DNA of 64,000 nt from Phycisphaerales bacterium (GCA_028278245.1 JANQEQ010000091.1:12600-76599), one strand, 5' to 3'; counted from the stretch's first letter, positions 49,150-59,597 are shown. Notes: a model not told the origin generated them from the letters alone. Numbers and translations are program-made.

Positions 49150-50683
49150 TACTGACGACAAAACATACCCCTGTCGCAATCACCATTTGCCAGGGGAATG
49201 CTAACTTCTCAGGTAAACCAATCAGGGGTGCCCACTTGTCCCAGATCATCGGTTGCAGGATGAGGGTGACGAGGACGCCGGTGATCAGTGCAGCAATCAC
49301 GGTGGTGCAGTTTCCCCGTTTCGTAAGCAGTGCCGCGAGAAAGACGGCCAGCAATCCGCTGTAGGCAAAGACCATCACGCGCAGCGCGAAGTTTATTAAC
49401 TCTTCGCCACTAGCTTGCTGCCAAAAAACACAGAGAATAGCAAAGCCGGTGAGTGCGACTGACCAGCCTAAAACCGCCCAGCGCGGAGCGTTTCCATTTA
49501 TTTGACTTCTGCTCCTATCACTGTCTCCTGAGTGTGGGGGGGTGAGAAAGTCAGTAACTGTTGTTGAAGCCATGGCGTTCAGCGCGGAATCAGTACTGCT
49601 CATCGCCGCAGCAAACAGGCCAGCCATCATCAACCCCCGCAAACCGATTGGCAGTTCAATCAGCATGTATTGCATGAACACTTCGCGCCCAGCCGGGATC
49701 TCATAAGCTGGAGCAGACGCCCCCATAATGTCCGGGCGCTGGTAATAGATATACAGAAGTAGCCCAAGACACAGAAACAGAAACACGACCGGCCAGGCAA
49801 TGAGATTGCTCGCAATGACCGACCAGGAGCCACTCCGCGCCGAGCGACATGTCAAGAGTCGTTGCGTAAGATCCTGATCCGTACCAAACGCTGCGAGGTT
49901 GATCAGCATGATTCCCAACAATGCCGTCCACAGTGTGTAGTTCTTTTCTGGGCTGATGCTGAAATCGAGGCATTGGAGTTTGTTGCCCGCTGTTTCATCA
50001 TTCAGTGTGTCGATGATCTCCGTAAGGCTCAATGGAATCCTGGTGTAGAGCAACACGAGTGCGACAATCACTGAACCGACCACGACAGCCGCCTGAAGCA
50101 CGTCAGTCCAGATCACAGCACGGATACCGCCGAGCATGGTGTAGAGCGTCGCAGCCAGTGATAACAGGAGTATCGCACCAACCAGCTGGGTCGAGTTCGC
50201 TTCACCGAACACGATCATGGAAAAGGGAATCGCCATGATGAACAGGCGCGCGCCGCTGGCCAGCAATCGTCCTAGCATGAACATCGCACTGGCAGCCTGG
50301 CACGCGGGTTGACCAAATCGATCACCCAGCAATTGATAGACGCTTGTGACCTGATGTCGATAGAACGCAGGGATGAACAGCCACGCCACGATGATCACGG
50401 CCAGCAGTCCCCCCAGGTTGGCGGAGAAATACGTCAGATCGCCGCGGTAGGCCATCTCCGGTCCGCCGATGAATGTTGCCGCTGAGAGCGAGGTCGCCAG
50501 GACGGACACCGCCACTGCCCACCAGGGCATGCTACGCCCGGCCAGAAAGAATTCCTCGGAACTAGCCGCTCGCTTCCTAGCCCATAGACCGACTGCCATG
50601 ACCAGAATGAGATATCCCCCCAGGATGGCCCAATCCCAGTGGGAAAAATGATCGTTTGTCATGGCAATCATCATCTGATGCAT
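49091..50683 (-). CDS. Sodium:solute symporter family transporter
   Basis: 13 or more TM helices and SSF conserved blocks. Convergent 58-nt overlap with the aminotransferase gene. Confidence 0.75.
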   Translation of the reverse strand: MHQMMIAMTNDHFSHWDWAILGGYLILVMAVGLWARKRAASSEEFFLAGRSMPWWAVAVSVLATSLSAATFIGGPEMAYRGDLTYFSANLGGLLAVIIVAWLFIPAFYRHQVTSVYQLLGDRFGQPACQAASAMFMLGRLLASGARLFIMAIPFSMIVFGEANSTQLVGAILLLSLAATLYTMLGGIRAVIWTDVLQAAVVVGSVIVALVLLYTRIPLSLTEIIDTLNDETAGNKLQCLDFSISPEKNYTLWTALLGIMLINLAAFGTDQDLTQRLLTCRSARSGSWSVIASNLIAWPVVFLFLCLGLLLYIYYQRPDIMGASAPAYEIPAGREVFMQYMLIELPIGLRGLMMAGLFAAAMSSTDSALNAMASTTVTDFLTPPHSGDSDRSRSQINGNAPRWAVLGWSVALTGFAILCVFWQQASGEELINFALRVMVFAYSGLLAVFLAALLTKRGNCTTVIAALITGVLVTLILQPMIWDKWAPLIGLPEKLAFPWQMVIATGVCFVVSISGKRNATTPVSSAAPPVQ

Positions 50684-50778
50684 CCTTGTCAGGCTTTCTC
50701 ACATGGCCATCGGTTTAAGCTGGGCAGTTTGCCGATGTTTTCCGGTTCAGAACTGAGGGAAATGGCTCTCTGGAGCCG

Positions 50779-51435
50779 ATGCAGCAAGTATCAATCATGG
50801 CTGAAAATCACATCCTCATCATCCACACTGGCGATCTGCCTTCACTCACAGCAACGGTACTACAACCAGAGCCATCGCAGCTGGTTCTGTGGTATCCCGG
50901 GCGATCTGCTGAACAGCGCTCACGACGATGGATTGCGACAGAAGCCCTGGGCCGAATGCTTGATGTGAAACAGGTGATCTCCACAGAATCGCCGAAGCTG
51001 GGTTTGTCTGATCTTGAGGTACCGAGCGAACTGGCTCAATCTCATACCCTGCTTGAGAGTCTCGTGTTGGCACAGCAGTTGAGTTGCTCCAAGATCATCT
51101 GGCCGTTACAGGTCGGGCCGGACTTCCCCGCCCTGGGAGTCGCGGTGGATCGAGCCAACACCATGGCAGCCTTGATTGATGGCGGGGCACTCTTTGCCGT
51201 CTCGGGAGGAAGCCAGACCGCTGCTCCGATCATTGATTTGCCGGTGGTGGATCTGACTGATCCGCAATTGGTTGAGATTCTGGCCGACTGCGGTGGCCCG
51301 CTGGGGATGTTCTGGCCCTGCCAGACCGATCAGGACGAACCATGCGGCACCTGCCTGAATTGCCGACGCTGGCACAACGCCTACGAAGCCGCTGGCGTCG
51401 ATTGGCCCTGGCAAACAGCCGTATCGACGGCGTAA
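50779..51435 (+). CDS. QueC-like protein with degenerate PP-loop
   Basis: Aligns along its length to 7-cyano-7-deazaguanine synthase, including the C-terminal Zn motif CGTCLNCRRW...AG. The SGGxDS ATP-binding motif is replaced by HTGDLPS. Confidence 0.5.
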   Translation: MQQVSIMAENHILIIHTGDLPSLTATVLQPEPSQLVLWYPGRSAEQRSRRWIATEALGRMLDVKQVISTESPKLGLSDLEVPSELAQSHTLLESLVLAQQLSCSKIIWPLQVGPDFPALGVAVDRANTMAALIDGGALFAVSGGSQTAAPIIDLPVVDLTDPQLVEILADCGGPLGMFWPCQTDQDEPCGTCLNCRRWHNAYEAAGVDWPWQTAVSTA

Positions 51436-51475
51436 CCACGATCGTCAAAGTCAGGTTATTGGTGACTCGAACTGC

Positions 51476-51503
51476 TTGGCAAGGCAGTTTGGGTTGGTAT
51501 AAT
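51476..51503 (+). promoter_or_regulatory. Sigma-70-like promoter for rplU (-35 TTGGCA, 16-nt spacer, -10 TATAAT)
   Basis: Consensus hexamers about 25 nt upstream of the AGGAG RBS of rplU. Confidence 0.55.
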
Positions 51504-51528
51504 GCTCGGCTCGACTGAATCAGGAGAT

Positions 51529-51855
51529 ATGCCGGTGTACGCCATCATTGAAGACAGTGGAACCCAGATCAAAGTTGCCGAGGGCGACGAAATTGCGGTC
51601 GATATCCGCGATCTGGGCAAGAAGAAGACGATCAAATTTGATCGGGTGCTCATGGTGAGCGATCCGGAATCAGACGGCGACGCGACCATCGGCACACCCT
51701 ACGTCGAAGGTGCATCTGTCGAAGCGGAAGTCCTGGACGAGTTCAAGGACAAGAAAATCGACGTTATCAAATTCAAGCGGCGCAAAGGCTACAAACGCAA
51801 GCAGGGCCACCGTCAGCGACTGCTGCGAGTGAAGATTTCAAAGATTTCCGGTTGA
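51529..51855 (+). CDS. rplU: 50S ribosomal protein L21
   Basis: MPVYAIIEDSGTQIKV...KFKRRKGYKRKQGHRQ, a canonical L21. Confidence 0.9.
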   Translation: MPVYAIIEDSGTQIKVAEGDEIAVDIRDLGKKKTIKFDRVLMVSDPESDGDATIGTPYVEGASVEAEVLDEFKDKKIDVIKFKRRKGYKRKQGHRQRLLRVKISKISG

Positions 51856-52622
51856 AGATCGAAGTTCACGGGATGGTGGTGAACATCTAATTCGTAATCT
51901 TGATATGGGATGAAATGGGGGGAGTTTGTCTTTCTACCTCTAAGCCAGTGGTGCTCAATTGGTCTGTCCAGATCAACGAGCTTGCTGTAGCCCAGAGCGT
52001 CGGTGACGTGCTGGCTGACGGTGTACTTGAGATTGCGCGCTAGAGCATCATCGAGCTCAGCAGAAATATCCCCGGTGAGTTGTGCGGGAGTGAGCAGATC
52101 CGCAAAGCCTGCGGTCTTATCCTGCAAAGTCAGTGACGCCTGTGCTATGGAAAGGTGCGCGGTTCGTTTACCGAGTTTCCCACGGGGGACGATGAATCCC
52201 GCTCCGCCGTAGATCCCTAATTCACAATCTTCAAGGATGATATGACGGATGATGGCGTTGGTGGCAGAATCATCCATTGGCGTTTTGCCCGGTTTGGGGA
52301 CCCAGAACAATTCAATGTGCATGATCTGGCCGTGGGTTATGGTGCCCGAGAGCAGGTCATCAAGTGGAATGTCGGAAATCCAGAATGATGATTCACCGCT
52401 GACATCATGGCTATAGACAGCCTCAGTCGGTTCAAATGCGAGAATAACCGGATCAGCGTTCTGTGATTCCACCTGCAGGTCGCCCACCGATGACCAGATC
52501 GTGCATCCGCTGAGAAAACAGCTTGCCACCGAAACAACCATAATCAACATCATCCAGCGGTATCGATTCACCAGATGCTCCTTCTGTGAAATGAACATCC
52601 ATCTCAATGTACGATCGCACAT
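51813..52622 (-). CDS. Hypothetical lipoprotein
   Basis: Lipobox FLSGCT after a signal peptide, 269 aa. Its 3' end overlaps the rplU 3' end convergently. Confidence 0.45.
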   Translation of the reverse strand: MCDRTLRWMFISQKEHLVNRYRWMMLIMVVSVASCFLSGCTIWSSVGDLQVESQNADPVILAFEPTEAVYSHDVSGESSFWISDIPLDDLLSGTITHGQIMHIELFWVPKPGKTPMDDSATNAIIRHIILEDCELGIYGGAGFIVPRGKLGKRTAHLSIAQASLTLQDKTAGFADLLTPAQLTGDISAELDDALARNLKYTVSQHVTDALGYSKLVDLDRPIEHHWLRGRKTNSPHFIPYQDYELDVHHHPVNFDLQPEIFEIFTRSSR

Positions 52623-53575
52623 TATTCAGGGTTCAGGGTCGTGGCTGTGATTTCTTCGGGTGTTTGATCCACCACCACAACTTCCGGGGCAGTCGGTTCC
52701 GGCGCTGTGTTACGTTCGTGGATGATGCTTTCAATACCCAGACATGCCAGACTGTCACGCTCAACGATTGCTCTCAATTGCGATCGCGGGATGGTCGGCG
52801 ATTGTGTCCCGAGTGTATGACTGTTGATGCGATACATAGTTTCGATCGCTTTGGCAGGTGTGTCGTAGGGGAACCCGGATCCAAACATGAGTTTCGGGAT
52901 CACACCCAGACTCATTGCATCAAGCAATGCGTTGTAAAGTTGCAGTGGTTGTCGGGTCAGCCCGGACGTATCTGCAAACATATTGTCGTGCTTGCTCAAG
53001 AGAAGCAATGCTTCATCTACCCACGGATACCCCAGATGACTCAGGACGATCGGCAGTTGAGGGTAACTCCGCGCAACTTCATCCCACAGCATGGGTCTGC
53101 CGAATTCGAGCATCGCGCTGGGGGTCAGCGGATGGAGCATGGCCACAAAAATGGGAAGGGAAAGCGCCTGGCACCGCTCGTAGATGCGCATAGCCGAGGA
53201 GTGAGCAGGGTGGAATCCCTGGCATGCCGGCGAAACGGTAATACCGACCAGCCCAAGATCAATGGCAGCATCCAATTGATCGTTGGCATCATCAGCCAGG
53301 GGATCAATACCAGCAATACCGATGCGATATTTAGGAGCCTTGGCGACAAAATCAGCAATCAGTTCGTTGGGAACGTTGGCCTGGAGAAGGTCGGATCTGA
53401 ATCCCCAGATAACAGAGCCGTCAACGCAGGTCATTGCACGGTCATGGGCAACGATGGAAGCTTCAAAGCTGTCGCCGTTTGTGAGTTGGCTCTCTCTGAT
53501 GCGGGAGGCAATTTCTCCGCCGAGTTGATCGAGACTGGTCCAGATATGTGTGTGTAGATCGATAATCATGGTCAT
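52622..53575 (-). CDS. Amidohydrolase-2 family TIM-barrel metal-dependent hydrolase
   Basis: IDLHTHIW N-terminal metal-binding motif, 317 aa. Confidence 0.7.
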   Translation of the reverse strand: MTMIIDLHTHIWTSLDQLGGEIASRIRESQLTNGDSFEASIVAHDRAMTCVDGSVIWGFRSDLLQANVPNELIADFVAKAPKYRIGIAGIDPLADDANDQLDAAIDLGLVGITVSPACQGFHPAHSSAMRIYERCQALSLPIFVAMLHPLTPSAMLEFGRPMLWDEVARSYPQLPIVLSHLGYPWVDEALLLLSKHDNMFADTSGLTRQPLQLYNALLDAMSLGVIPKLMFGSGFPYDTPAKAIETMYRINSHTLGTQSPTIPRSQLRAIVERDSLACLGIESIIHERNTAPEPTAPEVVVVDQTPEEITATTLNPE

Positions 53576-53712
53576 CCACCCGGGTTTCTCGCCCGTGAGT
53601 CATAACTCGGCCATTGTAGTCACGATTCAACACAATGCACAACTGAAACCCAAACAGCAGATGATTGATAGCAGAATGAGAGGATTGAGTAGATATCCCG
53701 AGGGATGGCTTT

Positions 53713-54585
53713 TTATAGATTCGGCTTTGCCTTCTTCTGATAGCGGTCCTCAAACCGCTTGTAGTTTGGATTATCAACCATATCCCGGTATGGGCCGTCA
53801 AGGAGTCTGCTGACCGTCTCGAGACGTGTTTCGGGATGGGGGTGCGTGGAGAGGTATTCCGGCGGCCGGGCACCTTGGCTGGCATCGCTTAGGATTTCAA
53901 AGATATCGAGCATGGCGGATGGATCATACCCCGCTCGTGTCATGTATTTCAGACCCTGCGTGTCTGCTTCGGCCTCCTGATCACGACTGAAACGGAGGAG
54001 ATAGCCTTGTCCACCTGCGCCAACGATCGTACGAGTCAGATTCTCGTAATTACCCCCTGCAACAGCCCGCGTGAGAATTGAAGCGAGAACAGTGACACCC
54101 AACTCGTGACTCAGGCGTTCATCGATGTGCTGGCTCGTGACGTGGCCGATTTCGTGACCAAGCACCGCAGCGAGCTGGGCTTCATCGGAAAACTCAGTCA
54201 TCAAACCCCTACAGATAAAGACCTTCCCGCCGGGCAGGGCAAAGGCATTGATCACCGAGGAATCCAGCAAAATGAATTCCCAGGGAAGATCCTGGTATTG
54301 TGGTTCCACATGATGGGCGAGCCGATTACCGACTGAAGTCACATAGTTTCTCAACTGTGTTGAGGCGACTTCCCCGCCATATTCCTGGATCAGGCCCGGC
54401 ATAGATTGTTCGCCGATCGCGATTTCATCACTTGTTTTCAGGGTGAGAAATTGCGATCTCCCGGTTGCGGGATTGGTGGTGCAGCCGGAGAGGAAAAGAA
54501 CCACGATCAATAAGATTTGAAGCAGTCGGACATAACACATGGTTGTCTCCTTGATCTTCACGAACCGTTTGGCCATCAGCGACAT
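53713..54585 (-). CDS. M48 family metallopeptidase lipoprotein (BepA/YcaL-like)
   Basis: HEIGHVTSQH HExxH motif and lipobox LSGCTT. Confidence 0.8.
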   Translation of the reverse strand: MSLMAKRFVKIKETTMCYVRLLQILLIVVLFLSGCTTNPATGRSQFLTLKTSDEIAIGEQSMPGLIQEYGGEVASTQLRNYVTSVGNRLAHHVEPQYQDLPWEFILLDSSVINAFALPGGKVFICRGLMTEFSDEAQLAAVLGHEIGHVTSQHIDERLSHELGVTVLASILTRAVAGGNYENLTRTIVGAGGQGYLLRFSRDQEAEADTQGLKYMTRAGYDPSAMLDIFEILSDASQGARPPEYLSTHPHPETRLETVSRLLDGPYRDMVDNPNYKRFEDRYQKKAKPNL

Positions 54586-54615
54586 GGTAGCGAATTGAGC
54601 TATGATTCTGCCAGT

Positions 54616-55413
54616 ATGACACCAAAGGAAGCATCATCTTCCCCCAAGGCGTGGTCCGCCAGCGACCTCAGGGGGGATCCGCACTCGCATGAGGATAAAT
54701 CGCAGCGAGTACAGCAGATGTTTGCCGCCATTGCCCGCCGCTATGATTTGAACAACCGTCTCCATTCGCTTGGGAGGGACCAGGCATGGCGTCGGAGAGC
54801 TGTACGTATGGCTCAGGTGAAACAGACCGATGCAGTTCTGGACGTGGCCTGCGGGACGGGTGATCTTGCCGAGGCGTTTGCCTCGGGAGCAGGTGATGTA
54901 TCTCCCGCATCAGTGGTCGGTCTGGATTTTACCAAACCGATGATCGAAATCGCACAAGAGAAGGCCCAGCGGCTCAAACGCTGCTCGGGAGTGCCTACTC
55001 CAAGGTACATGGTCGGCGATGCGATGGACCTGCCATTTGAGTCAAAATCATTTGACATCGTGTCGATTGCGTTCGGCATCCGCAACGTTCAGGATCCCAA
55101 ACAGGTGCTTCGTGAGTTTTTTCGGGTCTTGAGGCCGAGGGGACGCGTGGTCATTCTGGAGTTCAGCGAGCCGAGAAATCCAGCATTTCGCTGGCTGAGC
55201 AGACTATATTGTCGAAAGATCATGCCCCGAACTGCATCTCTGTTAGCGGGAGATCGAAGTGGTGCGTACTTCTATCTCCCTCAGTCGGTGTCAACATTTC
55301 TGGATCGTGAGGCCCTGATTCAAATGATGCAAGAGGCAGGTTTTACCCGGATCGAGCAAAAACCTATGACCTGGGGTATTAGCGTGGGGTATGTGGGGAC
55401 GGTTTCGGAGTAA
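54616..55413 (+). CDS. ubiE: Demethylmenaquinone/ubiquinone methyltransferase UbiE/MenG
   Basis: RYDLNNRLHSLGRDQAWRR and the SAM motif VLDVACGTGDL. The start was chosen at the internal Met; the ORF begins at 54517. Confidence 0.8.
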   Translation: MTPKEASSSPKAWSASDLRGDPHSHEDKSQRVQQMFAAIARRYDLNNRLHSLGRDQAWRRRAVRMAQVKQTDAVLDVACGTGDLAEAFASGAGDVSPASVVGLDFTKPMIEIAQEKAQRLKRCSGVPTPRYMVGDAMDLPFESKSFDIVSIAFGIRNVQDPKQVLREFFRVLRPRGRVVILEFSEPRNPAFRWLSRLYCRKIMPRTASLLAGDRSGAYFYLPQSVSTFLDREALIQMMQEAGFTRIEQKPMTWGISVGYVGTVSE

Positions 55414-55451
55414 ATCAGGCAGCGCAACATCCGAAAAACCGGTGAAAGACG

Positions 55452-56108
55452 ATGGATGATGAGGTCTTCATGCACGGTGCAACGCGTATTCAGGAGACCG
55501 GTATGAAGGATGTCAGCGCCATGATGGACAAGAAAACTGAGGTGAAGCTGATTCGCCGAGCGAAAAAAGGCGAAGCGAAAGCCATCGAAGCGTTGATTCG
55601 TCAGCACCAGGGTGCGCTTTATGCTTTTCTTCTTCGTATGTCAGGACGTAACGATGTGGCTGAGGACATCGTGCAGGAGGCATTTGTGAGAGTTCTGAAA
55701 AGTCTGGATCGCTTCGATACCCAATACCGCTTCAGCACGTGGCTCTTCACGATTGCCCGGCGTCTGTACGTTAACTGGATTCAGAAGTGTCGGCCGGTGT
55801 ATGACTCTGAATCGATCACTTACCGCGAAGGGAAAAACTCGGATCCCGAAAAGCTCACCGCTCATGATGAGTCACTACAGCAGGTACGCGACACGGTCGC
55901 CCATGCCCTGCAGAGTCTGACGGATTTACAGCGTGAGATCATTCTCCTCTTCCATCAGCAGGAATGGTCGATCTCGGAAATTTCCGATTATTACCAGATG
56001 CCCGAGGGAACAGTGAAGAGTCACCTGCACCGCGCCCGAAAACGCATGCGTCGACTCATCCTGGCCAACAACAGCTTGTCTCAGAAAGTCGAGGAGGTCT
56101 GGGCATGA
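55452..56108 (+). CDS. ECF-family RNA polymerase sigma factor
   Basis: Sigma-70 regions 2 and 4 (FSTWLFTIARR; GTVKSHLHRARKRMR). Confidence 0.85.
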   Translation: MDDEVFMHGATRIQETGMKDVSAMMDKKTEVKLIRRAKKGEAKAIEALIRQHQGALYAFLLRMSGRNDVAEDIVQEAFVRVLKSLDRFDTQYRFSTWLFTIARRLYVNWIQKCRPVYDSESITYREGKNSDPEKLTAHDESLQQVRDTVAHALQSLTDLQREIILLFHQQEWSISEISDYYQMPEGTVKSHLHRARKRMRRLILANNSLSQKVEEVWA

Positions 56109-56560
56109 AGCACGATCGTGCCGAAAATCACGATGAGCTGACATTACCGAGTGTTGCAGAATATGTGCTGCGGCAGCCGGAAGATTCACCGGATTTCACC
56201 CGGGCTATCATGGGGCGTCTGGGGTACATGCGTGTTTCCGCAGCCGTGGCAAAGCGAGCACAACGACGCATGATGATGAGGCGAGGTTGTTTGTGCCTGG
56301 CTTTTTCCGGCTTGATGCTCTCAACTGTGTGGATGTTCCAGCAATCTGATCTCGCCCGCCGGCCACAGGGATTGACGCTACCTGACGCGGTCGATCATGA
56401 GCAGCAACGGTTCAATCGGATGATTCGCACAATTCGCCAGATCTCGCCTGTGAGGGATCGATCACCGAATTTGAAGATCCGGAATCCCGATCCGCACACC
56501 CTCCCCAACATTGATAATGATATCGATCATTCTGCAGTAGCCCCGGTACGCTGGGTATGA
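56105..56560 (+). CDS. Putative anti-sigma factor (single-pass membrane protein)
   Basis: ATGA overlap with the sigma factor stop; about 150 aa with one TM helix (CLCLAFSGLMLSTVWMF). Confidence 0.5.
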   Translation: MKHDRAENHDELTLPSVAEYVLRQPEDSPDFTRAIMGRLGYMRVSAAVAKRAQRRMMMRRGCLCLAFSGLMLSTVWMFQQSDLARRPQGLTLPDAVDHEQQRFNRMIRTIRQISPVRDRSPNLKIRNPDPHTLPNIDNDIDHSAVAPVRWV

Positions 56561-56569
56561 TGTTTCATC

Positions 56570-58189
56570 ATGTTCCGGAAGAGCCTGCTGCTGCTGATCG
56601 TAACCATTGCCTGCCCAAACGCACTGGCTGATCCTCCTGAGTCTGGCACACAGGATCTGTTTTACCAGACGCAACAGGTACCTGGTGATGTCGATCTCTA
56701 TCTGCACGTAGTTGATGCGGAAAAACTTCGTCGGGAATTGGCGGATTATCGTCTGGGCCAATGGTTCAGGTCGTACCTGGATCAGGGAGACCTGGCGAAA
56801 GTATGGGGTGAAATTGCGCAACAAGTCGACGTTCCGGGCGGTCAGTTATTTGACCTCTGTTTCGGAAAAAGTGTAATCCTGCTACAGCGAGAAATAGGAT
56901 CCATTGCCGGACAGAAAATAGAATATGAACCGCAGATTGAATGGGCATTGCTGACAGAGGTCGATCCGGATGCAATCAGTCCGGTTTTCAGGAAATTGAA
57001 CCTGAAACATCACACACCTCGGCAGGGCAAGATGATCGCAGAGCTTCCAGAACAGAGTTTGTTGCTCAGTTTTAATGAAAATCAACTCATCATCGGATCA
57101 ACGCGATCTTCAGATCTCTTCGATCAACTCATTCAACTCGGCAACGCGAATGATTCCGAAACTTTGTCAGCGAAGGAACCTCTCCGGAAATCAAATACAC
57201 TTTCCGGAGGTCGCATCGGGCTGATGATGCAACATGATCCTCCACTTGGTGGGTGGTCGTTGGCAGTGGGGGATCTTGTCGCCGGTCAGGTTGAATTGCG
57301 CTATCGTGGCCAGTTTGAGCATTCGCCCATTCAACGTGGTGTCACAAAAATCACCTGGGATGCATCACAGTTGCAACGGTTTGAAGATCAAGCAGCGCTG
57401 GTGCTGATCGAACCAACGGATATTGGAGAAAGTGCGGTCAGCCATTATCTGCAGGCGCTCATCGGCCAACCGATGTTCTCACCGGCATTTCGCAAACATA
57501 TTGGGGAAACGAGAATACTTGTGATCGATGAACAGGATCCACCGACTGATTCATTGGAGGAAGAATGGCAGGGGCCTGCAGTGAGTCTTTCCTGGCCGAT
57601 CGCTTATGATCCGGACCTTGCCGAATCACATCTGGATGAATCCTTGTGCGTGTGGATTGATGCAGTCAACGAAAAGTACAATGGCCAGCTCATCGAATCG
57701 ATGCCCCGTCATCGCGATATGATTTCAGGTCGAGCACGCCGGATTGCTCTGAACTCTGATGTGGATCTCTTCGAGGGAGCATTACTGTCATCAGGTGATC
57801 TTTCGCTGAACTGGGTCATATCACGAAGTCAACAGCAGGATTTTGCGGTTGTCGCATCGGATCCGGATCACCTGCAGCACACCATCGAGCGGCTCAGGCA
57901 ACCGGTCTCCGGTGTCTTCGGAGAAGAAGATACCTGGGCAAGCTGCGGCTTTGCCCATGGCATGCGGCTTAGCCGATATCTCAATGCCTATGGCGAGCTT
58001 GCAGAGAAATTTGTACTCGACGACAAGGAAGCACGCGAGCAATTTCAGCAGACGGTTACTTTTGCCGTTGAGTTGGCAGCTTGTATCAGATACGGCCAAT
58101 GGCGACTGCTGCGTCCCACTGAAAAAGAAGTATCCTTCACAATCGAGTTGGAACTTACTGCACAACCAACCGTTGTCGATCGGGAATAG
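56570..58189 (+). CDS. Hypothetical secreted protein downstream of sigma/anti-sigma pair
   Basis: Signal peptide MFRKSLLLLIVTIACPNALA, 539 aa. Confidence 0.5.
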   Translation: MFRKSLLLLIVTIACPNALADPPESGTQDLFYQTQQVPGDVDLYLHVVDAEKLRRELADYRLGQWFRSYLDQGDLAKVWGEIAQQVDVPGGQLFDLCFGKSVILLQREIGSIAGQKIEYEPQIEWALLTEVDPDAISPVFRKLNLKHHTPRQGKMIAELPEQSLLLSFNENQLIIGSTRSSDLFDQLIQLGNANDSETLSAKEPLRKSNTLSGGRIGLMMQHDPPLGGWSLAVGDLVAGQVELRYRGQFEHSPIQRGVTKITWDASQLQRFEDQAALVLIEPTDIGESAVSHYLQALIGQPMFSPAFRKHIGETRILVIDEQDPPTDSLEEEWQGPAVSLSWPIAYDPDLAESHLDESLCVWIDAVNEKYNGQLIESMPRHRDMISGRARRIALNSDVDLFEGALLSSGDLSLNWVISRSQQQDFAVVASDPDHLQHTIERLRQPVSGVFGEEDTWASCGFAHGMRLSRYLNAYGELAEKFVLDDKEAREQFQQTVTFAVELAACIRYGQWRLLRPTEKEVSFTIELELTAQPTVVDRE

Positions 58190-58313
58190 TGCCGGCTGGC
58201 TTTTTCCCCTTTCCTGAGCTCAATGAGAATTCCATCGCCTGAGTGTGATTCAAGATCCACAGCACCTGTTTTTGTGCCTACACTGTATCCATAGTTTTCT
58301 GCAGGAGATCGCT

Positions 58314-59528
58314 ATGGGAACTACGACCAAACCACGCGTCATACAGCCGGCTCGGCGCACCGCTGAAATCAAATACGCTGTTCGGGATATTGTCGTTTTG
58401 GCGGATGAAGCTAAAGCGGCCGGCAAACAAATGATGTATCTGAACATCGGTGATCCGAACCTCTTTGACTTCAAAACCCCCCAGCACATCATCGATGCAA
58501 CGCATGAGGCAATGTGCCGCAACGACACGGGCTATTCACCTTCCTCGGGTATTCCCGAGGCAATCGCTGCAGTTGAACGTGAAGCAAAGAGGAAAGGGAT
58601 TGAATCAATCAATCACGTCTTTATTACATCCGGAGCCAGTGAAGCAATCGAGCTGGCCATGACCGCACTGGTCAACGCAGGCGAAAATGTGCTTACTCCA
58701 TCACCGGGTTATCCGCTCTATACCGCAGTGATATCAAAGCTGGAAGCGGAGAATCGGCCGTATTACCTTGATGAGGAAAATGGCTGGCAGCCTGATGTCG
58801 AGGACATGCGCGCAAAAATCGACGAAAACACGCGCGCAATCGTTTTGATCAATCCCAACAATCCGACCGGCTCGGTGTGTAGTGATGAAACGCTCAGAGC
58901 GATCATTGATTTGGCGATCGAGCACAACCTTGTCTTGTTCTCCGATGAGATTTACGACAAGTTGCTGTATGACACTGGAAAAAGTGCTTCAACTTCAACT
59001 GCGTCTCTCTCTACCGAAGCGAAGATTATCACATTCAACGGCCTGTCCAAGTCATATCTTGTACCGGGCTTTCGTATCGGTTGGGGTGTGGTAAGCGGTC
59101 CACCGGAGGAGCTGGAGGAGTACTGTGAGGCGATACGCAAAATGGAGCGGGCCAGAGTCTGCGCCAACCATCCGGAACAGTATGCGATTACTGCCGCTCT
59201 GGAAGGAGATCAATCACACCTGACAGATATGATTCAACGCCTTGAGCGTCGCCGCGATATCTGCATGGAGCGGATCAATGCGATCGAAGGTTTGTCCTGT
59301 GTAAATCCTGGCGGCGCGTTTTACTGTTTCCCGAAAGTCGATCTGAATGTCTCGGATACAGAGTTCGTCACGCGCATCATTCGTGAAACAGGCGTCATCA
59401 TCGTGCCCGGTTCGGGCTTCGGTCAACGCCCCGGAACTGAACATTTCAGAGTTGTATTTCTGCCGCAGGAAGAAGTGCTCGAACAGGCATTTCAGAATAT
59501 TGAGCGCATTGCCCAGAGTTATCGCTAG
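58314..59528 (+). CDS. PLP-dependent aminotransferase class I/II (alanine/aspartate aminotransferase-like)
   Basis: NPNNPTG and SKSYLVPGFRIGW motifs. The start was chosen at the Met with a GGAG RBS. Confidence 0.85.
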   Translation: MGTTTKPRVIQPARRTAEIKYAVRDIVVLADEAKAAGKQMMYLNIGDPNLFDFKTPQHIIDATHEAMCRNDTGYSPSSGIPEAIAAVEREAKRKGIESINHVFITSGASEAIELAMTALVNAGENVLTPSPGYPLYTAVISKLEAENRPYYLDEENGWQPDVEDMRAKIDENTRAIVLINPNNPTGSVCSDETLRAIIDLAIEHNLVLFSDEIYDKLLYDTGKSASTSTASLSTEAKIITFNGLSKSYLVPGFRIGWGVVSGPPEELEEYCEAIRKMERARVCANHPEQYAITAALEGDQSHLTDMIQRLERRRDICMERINAIEGLSCVNPGGAFYCFPKVDLNVSDTEFVTRIIRETGVIIVPGSGFGQRPGTEHFRVVFLPQEEVLEQAFQNIERIAQSYR

Positions 59529-59560
59529 TAGAAGAAGAAAACTATATTGTGTGTGGGAGA

Positions 59561-59597
59561 AAAAAAGCGCCGGCCGAAGCCGACGCTTTTTGTTTCG
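59561..59597. terminator. Bidirectional intrinsic terminator between convergent genes (A7, gcgccggc-cgaa-gccgacgc, T5)
   Basis: GC-rich stem-loop flanked by an A-tract and a T-tract. Confidence 0.6.
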
